From: Eledone cirrhosa
Taxonomy: Eukaryota
Assembly: GCA_964016885.1 (NCBI GenBank)
Contig: OZ024756.1
Location: forward strand, 9,548,001 to 9,612,000
Direction of reading: 5' to 3'
Length of the DNA stretch: 64,000 nt
Positions 35,601 to 48,400 of this stretch are shown piece after piece. The stretch's first letter is position 1. Every line of letters begins with the position of its first letter. The translations under genes were made by a program, and so were the position numbers. The notes under the pieces are model-generated. The model saw only the letters and a list, made by a program, of their open reading frames with translations, was not told where the DNA came from and did not search any database.

Positions 35601-38156
35601 AGTTTGTCAGTCCCTCCCACAGTTGAGATATACCACCTAGACTGGGGTGTACAGTTTGTCAGTCCCTCCCACAGTTGAGATATTCCACCTAGACTGGGGT
35701 GTACAGTTTGTCTCACTCCCACAGTTGAGATATACCACCTAGACTGGGGTGTACAGTTTGTCAGTCCCTCCCACAGTTGAGATATACCACCTAGACTGGG
35801 GTGTAGAGTTTGTCAGTCCCTCCCACAGTTGAGATATACCACCTAGACTGGGGTGTACAGTTTGTCAGTCCCTCCCACAGTTGAGATATACCACCTAGAC
35901 TGGGGTGTACAGTTTGTCAGTCCCTCCCACAGTTGAGATATACCACCTAGACTGGGGTGTACAGTTTGTCAGTCCCTCCCACAGTTGAGATATACCACCT
36001 AGATTGGGGTGTACAGTTTGTCAGTCCCTCCCACAGTTGAGATATACCACCTAGACTGGGGTGTACAGTTTGTCAGTCCCTCCCACAGTTGAGATATACC
36101 ACCTAGACTGAGGTGTACAGTTTGTCAGTCCCTCCCACAGTTGAGATATACCACCTAGACTGGGGTGTAGAGTTTGTCAGTCCCTCCCACAGTTGAGATA
36201 TACCACCTAGACTGGGGTGTACAGTTTGTCAGTACCTCCCACAATTGAGATATACCACCTAGACTGGGGTGTAGAGTTTGTCATTCCCCCCCCCCCCCCC
36301 ACAGTTGAGATATACCACCTAGACTGGGGTGTACAGTTTGTCAGTCCCTCCCACAGTTGAGATATACCACCTAGACTGAGGTGTAGAGTTTGTCAGTCCC
36401 TCCCACAGTTGAGATATACTACATAGACTGAGGTGTAGAGTTTGTCAGTCCCTCCCACAGTTGAGATATACCACCTAGACTGAGGTGTAGAGTTTGTCAG
36501 TCCCTCCCACAGTTGAGATATACCACCTAGACTGGGGTGTAGAGTTTGTCAGTCCCTCCCACAGTTGAGATATACCACCTAGACTGGGGTGTACAGTTTG
36601 TCAGTCCCTCCCACAGTTGAGATATACCACCTAGACTGAGGTGTAGAGTTTGTCAGTCCCTCCCACAGTTGAGATATACCACCTAGACTGGGGTGTAGAG
36701 TTTGTCAGTCCCTCCCACAGTTGAGATATACCACCTAGACTGAGGTGTAGAGTTTGTCAGTCCCTCCCACAGTTGAGATATACCACCTAGACTGGGGTGT
36801 AGAGTTTGTCAGTCCCTCCCACAGTTGAGATATACCACCTAGACTGGGGTGTACAGTTTGTCAGTCCCTCCCACAGTTGAGATATACCACCTAGACTGGG
36901 GTGTACAGTTTGTCAGTCCCTCCCACAGTTGAGATATACCACCTAGACTGGGGTATACAGTTTGTCAGTCCCTCCCACAGTTGAGATATACCACATAGAC
37001 TGAGGTGTACAGTTTGTCAGTCCCTTCCACCGTTGAGATATACCACCTAGACTGGGGTGTAGAGTTTGTCAGTCCCTCCCACAGTTGAGATATATCACCT
37101 AGACTGGGGTGTACAGTTTGTCAGTCCCTCCCACAGTTGAGATATACCACCTAGACTGGGGTGTACAGTTTGTCAGTCCCTCCCACAATTGAGATATACC
37201 ACCTAGACTGGGGTGTACAGTTTGTCTCCCTCCCAAAGTTGAGATATACCACCCAGACTGAGGTGTACAGTTTGTCAGTCCCTCCCACAATTGAGATATA
37301 CCACATAGACTGAGGTGTACAGTTTGTCAGTCCCTCCCACAGTTGAGATATTCCACCTAGACTGGGGTGTACAGATTGTCAGTCCCTTCCACAGTTGAGA
37401 TATTCCACCTAGACTGGGGTGTACAGTTTGTCAGTCCCTCCCACAGTTGAGATATACCACCTAGACTGGGGTGTACAGTTTGTCAGTCCCTCCCACAGTT
37501 GAGATATACCACCTAGACTGGGGTGTACAGTTTGTCTCCCTCCCACAGTTGAGATATACCACCTAGACTGGGGTGTACAGTTTGTCTCCCTCCCACTGTT
37601 GAGATATTCCACCTAGACTGGGGTGTACAGTTTGTCAGTCCCTCCCACAGTTGAGATATACCACCTAGACTGGGGTGTACAGTTTGTCAGTCCCTCCCAC
37701 AGTTGAGATATACCACATAGACTGAGGTGTACAGTTTGTCAGTCCCTCCCACAGTTGAGATATACCACCTAGACTGGGGTGTAGAGTTTGTCAGTCCCTC
37801 CCACAGTTGAGATATACCACATAGACTGAGGTGTACAGTTTGTCAGTCCCTCCCACAGTTGAGATATACCACATAGACTGAGGTGTACAGTTTGTCAGTC
37901 CCTCCCACAGTTGAGATATACCACCTAGACTGGGGTGTAGAGTTTGTCAGTCCCTCCCACAGTTGAGATATACCACCTAGACTGGGGTGTACAGTTTGTC
38001 AGTCCCTCTCACAATTGAGATATACCACCTAGACTGGGATGTACAGTTTGTCAGTCCCTCCCACAGTTGAGATATTCCACCTAGACTGGGGTGTACAGTT
38101 TGTCAGTCCCTCCCACAGTTGAGATATTCCACCTAGACTGGGGTGTACAGTTTGTC
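32669..38156. repeat. 52-bp minisatellite (~105 copies), CACAGTTGAGATATACCACCTAGACTGGGGTGTACAGTTTGTCAGTCCCTCC
   Basis: Period 52, seen directly. Contains a ~2.8 kb higher-order duplication. Confidence 0.98.
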
Positions 38157-38160
38157 TCAG

Positions 38161-38247
38161 CAGTCATTGGCTGTTCTCTACAGCAATGCTTTCATTATAT
38201 TGTCTGTGGACTACTGCTAAGATATACCACCTAGACTGGGGTGTAGA
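38161..38247 (+). mobile_element. CRE-like ORF C-terminus plus start of 3' UTR
   Basis: SLAVLYSNAFIILSVDYC* followed by gatataccacctagactggggtgtaga, the satellite monomer sequence. Confidence 0.6.
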
Positions 38248-38590
38248 CAGAGGCGTAACTAGTGTATAGCATGCATGACATGGACCATGGGCGCCACATG
38301 AAGGGGGCGCCACTTGGACTAGAAGCACGTGCCATGGGGAGCCACATGAAGGGGGCACCACTTGGACTAGGAGCAGGTTCTATTAAAGTCAAATAAACCT
38401 CGTCTGAGAGTAAAAAAAGAAACTCCTTCAGCTGTATGATCTGTCTCTATCATGGGTGAGAACACTATGGTGGCTGGATCATTAAACCATTTATATAAAT
38501 TATAAACTTCCATAGATTAAAATACAGTGCTGGGCAGGGTTGCAATTTCACAGCTTGCCATAGGGGCTATTTTACCTAGTTATGCCTCTG
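38248..38590. mobile_element. Non-autonomous DNA transposon (MITE), hAT-like
   Basis: 15-bp TIRs CAGAGGCGTAACTAG (38248-62) and CTAGTTATGCCTCTG (38576-90) with 1 mismatch, plus an internal ~47-bp tandem pair. The 8-bp TSD is not well preserved (ggtgtaga vs ggtattgg). Confidence 0.75.
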
Positions 38591-38610
38591 GGTATTGGGT
38601 TTGACCCAGG

Positions 38611-38725
38611 AGAAGAGGTCATTGACTGTTCTCTACAGGAATGCCTTCATTATTTTGTCCATGCAATGCAGCTAAGATATACCACCTAGACTGTGCTATA
38701 GAGTCTGCCAATACCCCACACACTT
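38611..38725 (+). mobile_element. Another CRE-like C-terminus/3' UTR copy
   Basis: SLTVLYRNAFIILSMQCS* followed by gatataccacctagactgtgctatagagtctgcca. Confidence 0.6.
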
Positions 38726-38879
38726 TCCTTTACTTAAACTACTTTAAATATTTAATTTTTTTCCTCTTTCTTTTTTCCTTTTATATTATTGCAAATATTA
38801 TATAATACAATTAAAATATGTTGAATAAAACCATTGTATTACTGTTTTCTATTGATACAACATTCACAATACACCTCTG

Positions 38880-39020
38880 CCTCCTTTCCTACATTTTAAA
38901 CTAATAATATTTCACCTAGTTTCTCTCCGATCTTATATAATAGTTTCACCAAAGAACGAGCAGCAATATCAATAATGCATATCTGCTTTCGGTGATTATG
39001 TACCGATATTAAATGTTGTT
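38880..39020 (-). mobile_element. Possible highly decayed R4/NeSL-type RLE fragment
   Basis: The minus strand reads LISVHNHRKQICIIDIAARSLVKLLYKIGEKL, which resembles PDIVV.D.....C..IDIA.P......K..EKL.KY. The match is short and weak. Confidence 0.3.
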
Positions 39021-39182
39021 GCCTTCAAACAACAGTGTGTGAGGTTGTGAGGGACGTAGTGTGGGCTGTTGAGGGGTGTGGTGGGGTGTGGTAGGGTGTA
39101 GTGGGGTGGGATGTGATTTGGTGGGTTGGGTGGGGTTTCGCTGAGCCATGCCTGTAGTATTCAAAATCAAAATCCCCAAACA

Positions 39183-39252
39183 GTTTATATATATATATAT
39201 ATATCAATAGCAATATATAAATACATATATATATGTACGCACACACACACAC

Positions 39253-39340
<88 letters not shown>

Positions 39341-39365
39341 ATACATATATATGTATTGTATATAT
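39183..39365. repeat. (TA)n/(CA)n microsatellite
   Basis: Seen directly. Confidence 0.93.
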
Positions 39366-39425
39366 TTCTAATTCTCCAGTGTGGTCTCGATATAACATCT
39401 GGTTTTATGCCACACTGAATATATT

Positions 39426-42400
39426 CCAACCACCAACCAGCCAGCCAACAAACCACCCAACCAACCAGTAACCAGCCAACCAACCAACCATCTAACTAAT
39501 CACCCAACCAATTAAACAACCAACCAACTAACTAATCAACCAACCAACCAGCCAATCAACCGACTAACCAAGCTACCAACCAACCAAACAACCAACCAGC
39601 CAATCAACCAACGAGCCAACCAACCAACTAAATAATCAACCAACCAACCAAACAGCCAACCAGCCAACCAACCAACCACCAACCAACCAACCAGTCAACC
39701 AACAAACCATCCAACCAGCCAATCAACCAACCAGACAATCAACCAACGAGCCAACCAACCAACTAAATAATCAACCAACCAACCAAACAGCCAACCAGCC
39801 AACCAACCAACCACCAACCAACCAACCAGTCAACCAACTAACCATCCAACCAGCCAATCAACCAACCAACTAACCAAACAACCAACAATCCAACCAAGCA
39901 AACTATTAGCCAATCAACCAACCCAGCAACCAACATCCAACCAACCAGCCAGCCAACCAGCCACCAACCAACCAACCATCAACCAACCAACCAACCACCA
40001 ACCATCCACCAAACAACCAACCAACCACCAACCAACCAATCACCAACCACCAACCAACCAACCACCAACCAACCAACAAGCCAACCAAACCACCCATCAA
40101 CCAACCACCAACCACCAAACCATCCAACCAGCCAACAAACCACCAACCAACCAGCCAACCAACCACCAACCAATCAGCCAACCACCAACCAACCACCAAC
40201 GAACCAACCACCCAAACAATCAAACCAACCACCAACCACCAACCAACCAACCACCAACCAACCAGCCAACCAACAAACCAACCACCATGCAACCAACCAC
40301 CGACCAGCCAACCACCAACCAACCACCAACCAACCAGCCAACAAGCCAAGAAACCAGCTAACCAACCAACCACCAACAAATCACCAACCAACCACCAACC
40401 ACCCTCCCACCAACCACCAACCAGCCAACAAACCAACCAGCCAACCAAACAACCAACCAACCAACCACCAACCAACCAACCAACTAACCAATCAACCAAC
40501 AAACCAAACAGCCAGCCAACCAACCTACCAGCCAACCAACCAACCAGCCAATCAGCCAACCAACCACCAAGCAGCCAACCACCAACCAGCTAACCACTAA
40601 CCAACTACTAACCAACAACCACCAGCCAACTAACCAACCACCAACCAACCATCAACCAACCAACGACCAACCACCAACCAATCAACCACCAAACAACCAA
40701 CCAGCCAACAACGAACCAACCACCAACCAACCAACCACCAAGCAAGCAACCAACCAACCACCAACCAGCCAACAACCAACCATCCACCAACCAACCAACC
40801 ACCAACCAACCAACCACCAACCACCAACCAACCAACCAACCAAACAACAACCAAACAACCACCAACCAACCAACCAAACACCAAACAAACAACCACCAAC
40901 CAACCAGCCACACAACCACCAACCAACCACCAACCATCAACCACCAACCACCAACCAGCCAACAAGCCAACCAACCAGCCAACCAACCAGCAACCAACCA
41001 ACCACCAACCAACCAACAAACCAACCACCAACCAACCACCAGCCAACGAGCTAACCAACCAGCCAACTAACCAACCACCAACCAATCACCAAACAACCAA
41101 CCAGCCAACCAACAAACCAACCAACCAACCACCAACCAACCAACCACCAACCAACCAACAAACCAACCAACCACCAACCAACCACCCACCAACCACCAAC
41201 CAACAACCAACCACGAACCAACCAACCACCAACCACCAACCAACAACCAGCCAACAAGCCAGCCAACCAGCCAACCACCAACCAACCAACCACCAACCAA
41301 CCAACCAACAACAAACCAACCACCAACCAACCACCAGCCAACGAGCTAACCAACCAGCCAACTAACCAACCACCAACCAATCACCAAACAACCAACCAGC
41401 CAACCAACAAACCAACCAACCAACCACCAACCAACCAACCACCAACCAACCAACAAACCAACCAACCACCAACCAACCACCCACCACCCACCAACCAGCA
41501 ACCAACCACGAACCAACCAACCACCAACCACCAACCAACCACAAGCCAACGAGCTAACCAACCACCAAACAATCACCAAACAAGCAACCAGCCAACCAAC
41601 AAACCAACCAACCAACCACCAACCAACCAACCACCAACCAACCAACAAACCAACCAACCACCAACCAACCACCCACCAACCACCAACCAACCACGAACCA
41701 ACCAACCACCAACCACCAACCAACAACCAGCCAACAAGCCAGCCAACCAGCCAACCACCAACCAACCACCAAGCAATCAACCACCAACCAACCAGACAAC
41801 CAACAAACCAATAAACCAACCACCAACCAACCACCAATCAACAAACCAACCACCAACCACCAACCAACCAACCAAACACCAACCAACCACCCACCAACCA
41901 CCAACCACCAACCAACCAACCAACCACCAACCAACCATCAACCAACCATCCAACCAGCCAACCACCAACCAACCACCAGCCAACCACCAACCAACCATCA
42001 ACCAATCATCCAACCAGCCAACCAACCACCAACCAACCACCAACCAACCACCAACCAACCAGCCAACCAACAAACCAACCACCATGCAACCAACCACCAA
42101 CCAGCCAACCACCAACCAACCACCAACCAACCACCAACCAGCCAACAAGCCAACAAACCAGCTAACCAACCAACCACCAACAAATCACCAACCAACCACC
42201 AACCACCCACCCACCAACCACCAACCAGCCAACAAACCAACCAGCCAAACAACCAACCAACCACCAACCAACCAACCAACTAACCAATCAACCAACAAAC
42301 CAAACAGCTAGCCAACCAACCTACCAGCCAACCAACCAACCAGCCAATCAACCAACCAACCACCAAACAGCCAACCACCAACCAGCCAACCACTAACCAA

Positions 42401-45400
42401 CTACTAACCAACAACCACCAGCCAACTAACCAACCACGAACAAACCATCAACCAACCAACGACCAACCACCAACCAATCAACCACCAAACAACCAACCAG
42501 CCAACAACGAACCAACCACCAACCAACCAACCACCAAGCAAGCAACCAACCAACCACCAACCAATCAACAACCAACCATCCACCAACCAACCAACCACCA
42601 ACCAACCAACCACCAACCAACCAACCACCAACCACCAACCAACCAACCAACCAACCAAACAACAACCAACCAGCCACCAACCAAACACCAACCAACCAAC
42701 CAATCACCAACCAAACAACCACCAACCAACCAGCCACACAACCACCAACCAACCACCAACCATCAACCACCAACCACCAACCAGCCAACAAGCCAACCAA
42801 CCAGCCAACCGACCACCAACCAACCAACCACCAACCAACCAACAAACCAACCACCAACCAACCACCAGCCAACGAGCCAACCAACTAGCCAACTAACCAA
42901 CCACCAACCAATCACCAAACAACCAACCAGCCAACCAACAAACCAACCAACCAACCACCAACCAACCAACCACCAACCAACCAACAAACCAAACAACCAC
43001 CAACCAACCACCCACCAACCACCAACCAACAACCAACCACGAACCAACCAACCATCAACCACCAATCACCAACCAGCCAACAAGCCAGCCAACCAGCCAA
43101 CCACCAACCAACCAACCACCAACAAACCAACCAACAACCAACCAATCAACCACCAACCAACCACCAGCCAACGAGCCAACCAACGAGCCAACCAACCAAC
43201 CACCAAGCAATCAACCACCAATCAACCAGACAACCAACAAACCAATAAACCAACCACCAACCAACCACCAATCAACAAACCAACCACCAACCACCAACCA
43301 ACCAACCAAACACCAACCAACCACACCACCAACCACCAACCAACCAACCAACCAATCAACCACCAACCAACCATCAACCAACCATCCAACCAGCCAACTA
43401 CCAACCAACCACCAGCCAACCACCAACCAACCATCAACCAATCATCCAACCAGCCAACCAACCACCAACCAACCAACCACCAACCAACCACCAACCACCA
43501 ACCAACCACCAACCAACCACCAACCAGCCAACCACCAACCAACAACCAACCAACCACCAACCAACCACCAACCACCAACCACCAACCACCAACCAACCAA
43601 TCACCAACCAACCAACCACCTATCACCAACCACCAACCAACCATCAACCAGCCAACCAACAACCAACCAACCCGCCAACCACCAATCACCAACCAACCAC
43701 CAACCACCAACCAACCAATCACCAACCAACCACCAACCACCAACCACCAATCACCAATCAACCAACCACCAACCGACCAACCAACAACCAACCAATCAAC
43801 CACGAACCAACCACCAGCCAACGAGCCAACCAACGAGCCAACCAACCACCAACCAATCAACCACCAACCAACCAGACAACCAACAAACCAATAAACCAAC
43901 CACCAACCAACCACCAATCAACAAACCAACCACCAACCACCAACCAATCAACCAAACATCAACCAACCACCAACCAACCAACCAACCAACAACCAATCAA
44001 CCAACCACCAACCAACCATCAGCCAACCATCCAACCAGCCAACCAACCACCAACCAACCACCAACCAACCACCAACCAACCATCAACCAACCATCCAGCC
44101 AACCGACCACCAAACAACCAACAAACCACCAACAAAACACCAACCACCAACCAACCACCAACCAACCACCAACCAGCCAACCACCAACCACCAACCAACG
44201 AACCAACCACCAACCAACCACCAACCACCAACCACCAACCAATCACCAACCAACAAACCACCTATCACCAACCACCAACCAACCATCAACCAGCCAACCA
44301 ACCACCAACCAACCCACCAACCACCAACCACCAACCAACCACCAACCACCAACCACCAACCAACCAGCCACCAACCACCAACCACCAACCAACCAATCAC
44401 CAACCAACAACCAACCAACCACCAACCAACCACCAACCAACCTTCCAACCACCAACCATTCACCAACCAACCACCAACCACCAACCACCAACCACCAACC
44501 AAACAATCACCAACCAACAACCAACTAACCACCATCAACCACCAACCAACCTTCCAACCAACCACCAACCAATCACCAACCAACCAACAAACCACCAACC
44601 ACCAACAAACCACAACCACCAATCACCAACCACCAACCAACCACCAACTAACCACCAACCATTAACCAACCACCAACCACCAACCACCAACCACCAACCA
44701 ACCAGCCACCAATTAACCACCTACCAACCAACCATCCACCAACCAACCAACCACCAACCAACCAACCACCAACCACCAACCAACCAACCAACCAAACACC
44801 AACCAACCAACCACCAACCAAACACCAACCAACCAACCAATCACCAACCAAACAACCACCAACCAACCAGCCACACAACCACCAACCAACCACCAACCAA
44901 CCACCAACCACCAACCAACCAATCACCAACCAACCACCAACCACCAACCACCAATCACCAACCAACCAACCAACAACCAAGCAACCAACAACCAACCAAT
45001 CAACCACCAACCAACCACCAGCCAACGAGCCAACCAACGAGCCAAACAACCAACCACCAACCAATCAACCACCAACCAACCAGACAACCAACAAACCAAT
45101 AAACCAACCACCAACCAACCACCAATCAACAAACCAACCACCAACCAACAACCAACCAACCAAACACCAACCAACCAACAACCAACCAACCAACAACCAA
45201 TCAACCAACCACCAACCAACCATCAGCCAACCAACCAGCCAACCAACCACCAACCAACCACCAACCAACCACCAACCAACCATCAACCAACCATCCAGCC
45301 AACCAACCACCAAACAACCAACAAACCACCAACCAACCACCAACCACCAACCAACCACCAACCAACCACCAACCAGCCAACCACCAACCACCAACCAACC

Positions 45401-48400
45401 ATTCACCAACCAACCACCAACCACCAACCACCAACCACCAACCAATCACCAACCAACAAACCACCTATCACCAACCACCAACCAACCATCAACCAACCAA
45501 CCACCAACCAACCCACCAACCACCAACCACCAACCAACCACCAACCACCAACCACCAACCAATCAACAACCAACCACCAACCACCAACCACCAACCAACC
45601 AATCACCAACCAACAACCAACCAACCACCAACCAACCTTCCAACCACCAACCAATCACCAACCAACCACCAACCACCAACCACCAACCAATCACCAACCA
45701 ACAACCAACCAACCACCATCAACCACCAACCAACCTTCCAACCACAACCACCAATCACCAACCACCAACCAACCACCAACCACCAACCACCAACCAACCA
45801 GCCACCAATTAACCACCTACCAACCAACCAATCACCAACCACCAACCAATCACCAACCAACCAACCACCAACCACCAACCAACCACAACCACCAATCACC
45901 AACCACCAACCAACCACCAACCACCAACCACCAACCACCAACCAACCAGCCACCAATTAACCACCTACCAACCAACCAATCACCAACCAACAACCAACCA
46001 CCAACCAACCAACCACCAAGCAAGCAACCAACCAACCACCAACCAACCAACAACCAACCATCCACCAACCAACCAACCACCAACCAACCAGCCACCAACC
46101 ACCAACCAACCAACCAAACACCAACCAAACAACCAACCACCATCCAAACACCAACCAACCAACCAATCACCAACCAAACCACCACCAACCAACCAGCCAA
46201 CCAACCACCAACCACCAACCATCAACCACCAACCACCAACCAGCCAACAAGCCAACCAACCAGCCAACCAACCACCAACCAACCAACCACAAACCAACCA
46301 CCAGCCAACGAGCCAACCAACCAGCCAACTAACCAACCACCAACCAATCACCAAACAACCAACCAGCCAACCAACAAACCAACCAACAAACCACCAACCA
46401 ACCAACCACCAACCAACCAACAAACCAACCAACCAACCACCAACCAACCTCCCACCAACCACCAACCACCAACCACCAACCACCAACCAACCAATCACCA
46501 ACAAACAACCAACCAAATCACCAACCAACCACCAACCAACCCTCCAACCAACCACCAACCAATCACCAACCAACCAACCAACCACCAACCACCAACCAAC
46601 CACAACCCCCAATCACCAACCACCAACCAACCACCAACTAACCACCAACCACCAACCAACCACCAACCACCAACCACCAACCACCAACCAACCAACCACC
46701 AATTAACCACCTACCAACCAACCAATCACCAACCACCAACCAACCACCAACCAACCCTCCAACCAACCACCAACCACCCAAACAATCAAACCAACCACCA
46801 ACCACCACCCAACCAACCACCAACCAACCATCCAACCAACAAACCAACCACCATGCAACCAACCACCAAGCAGCCAACCACCAACCAACCACCAACCAAC
46901 CACCAACCAGACAACAAGCCAACAAACCAGCTAACCAACCAACCACCAACAAATCACCAACCAACCACCAACCAACCATCCACCAACCACCAACCAGCCA
47001 ACAAACCAACCAGCCAACCAAACAACCAACCAACCAACCACCAACCAACCACCAACCAGCCGACAAGCCAACAAACCAGCTAACCAACCAACCACCAACA
47101 AATCACCAACCAACCACCAACCACCCACCCACCAACCAACAACCAGCCAACAAACCAACAAGCTAACCAAACAACCAACCAACCACCAACCAACCAACTA
47201 ACTAATCAATCAACAAACCAAACAGCGAGCCAACCAACCAACCAGCCAACCAACCAACCAGCCAATCAACCAACCAACCACCAAACAGCCAACCACCAAC
47301 CAGCCAACCACTAACCAACTACTAACCAACAACCACCAACCAACTAACCAACCACCAACCAACGATCAACCAACGACCAACCACCATCCAATCAACCACC
47401 AAACAACCAACCAGCCAACAACGAACCAACCACCAACCAACCAACCACCAAGCAAGCAACCAACCAACCACCAACCAACCATCAACCAACCATCCACCAA
47501 CCAACCAACCACCAACCAACCAACCACCAACCACCAACCAACCAACCAAACACCAACCAACCAACCACCAACCAAACACCAACCAACCAACCAATCACCA
47601 ACCAAACAACCACCAACCAACCAGCCACACAACCACCAACTACCAACCATCAACCACCAACCACCAACCAGCCAACAAGCCAACCAACCAGCCAACCAAC
47701 CACCAACCAACCAACCACCAACCAACCAACCACCAAACCAACCACCAACCAACCACCAGCCAACGAGCCAACCAACCAGCCAACTAACCAACCACCAACC
47801 AATCACCAAACAACCAACCAGCCAACCAACAAACCAACCAACCAACCAACCACCAACCAACCACCAACCAACCAACAAACCAACCAACCACCAACCAACC
47901 ACCCACCAACCACCAACCAACAACCAACCACGAACCAACCAACCATCAACCACCAACCACCAACCAGCCAACAAGCCAGCCAACCAGCCAACCACCAACC
48001 AACCAACCACCAACCAACCAACCAACAACCAACCAATCAACCACCAACCAACCACCAGCCAACGAGCCAACCAACGAGCCAACCAACCAACCACCAAGCA
48101 ATCAACCACCAACCAACCAGACAACCAACAAACCAATAAACCAACCACCAACCAACCACCAATCAACAAACCAACCACCAACCACCAACCAACCAACCAA
48201 ACACCAACCAACCACCCACCAACCAACCAACCAACACCCAATCAACCAACCACCAACCAACCATCAAACAACCATCCAACCAGCCAACCACCCACCAACC
48301 AACCACCAACCAACCATCAACCAACCATCCAACCAGCCAACCAACCACCAACCAACCAACCAACCACCAACCAACCACCAACCACCAACAATACACCAAC

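Noticed and set aside
27619-38156. Regular ~50-bp arrays superficially resembling CRISPR arrays
   Set aside because: The units are fully tandem with no unique spacers, there are no cas genes, and the context is eukaryotic TEs.
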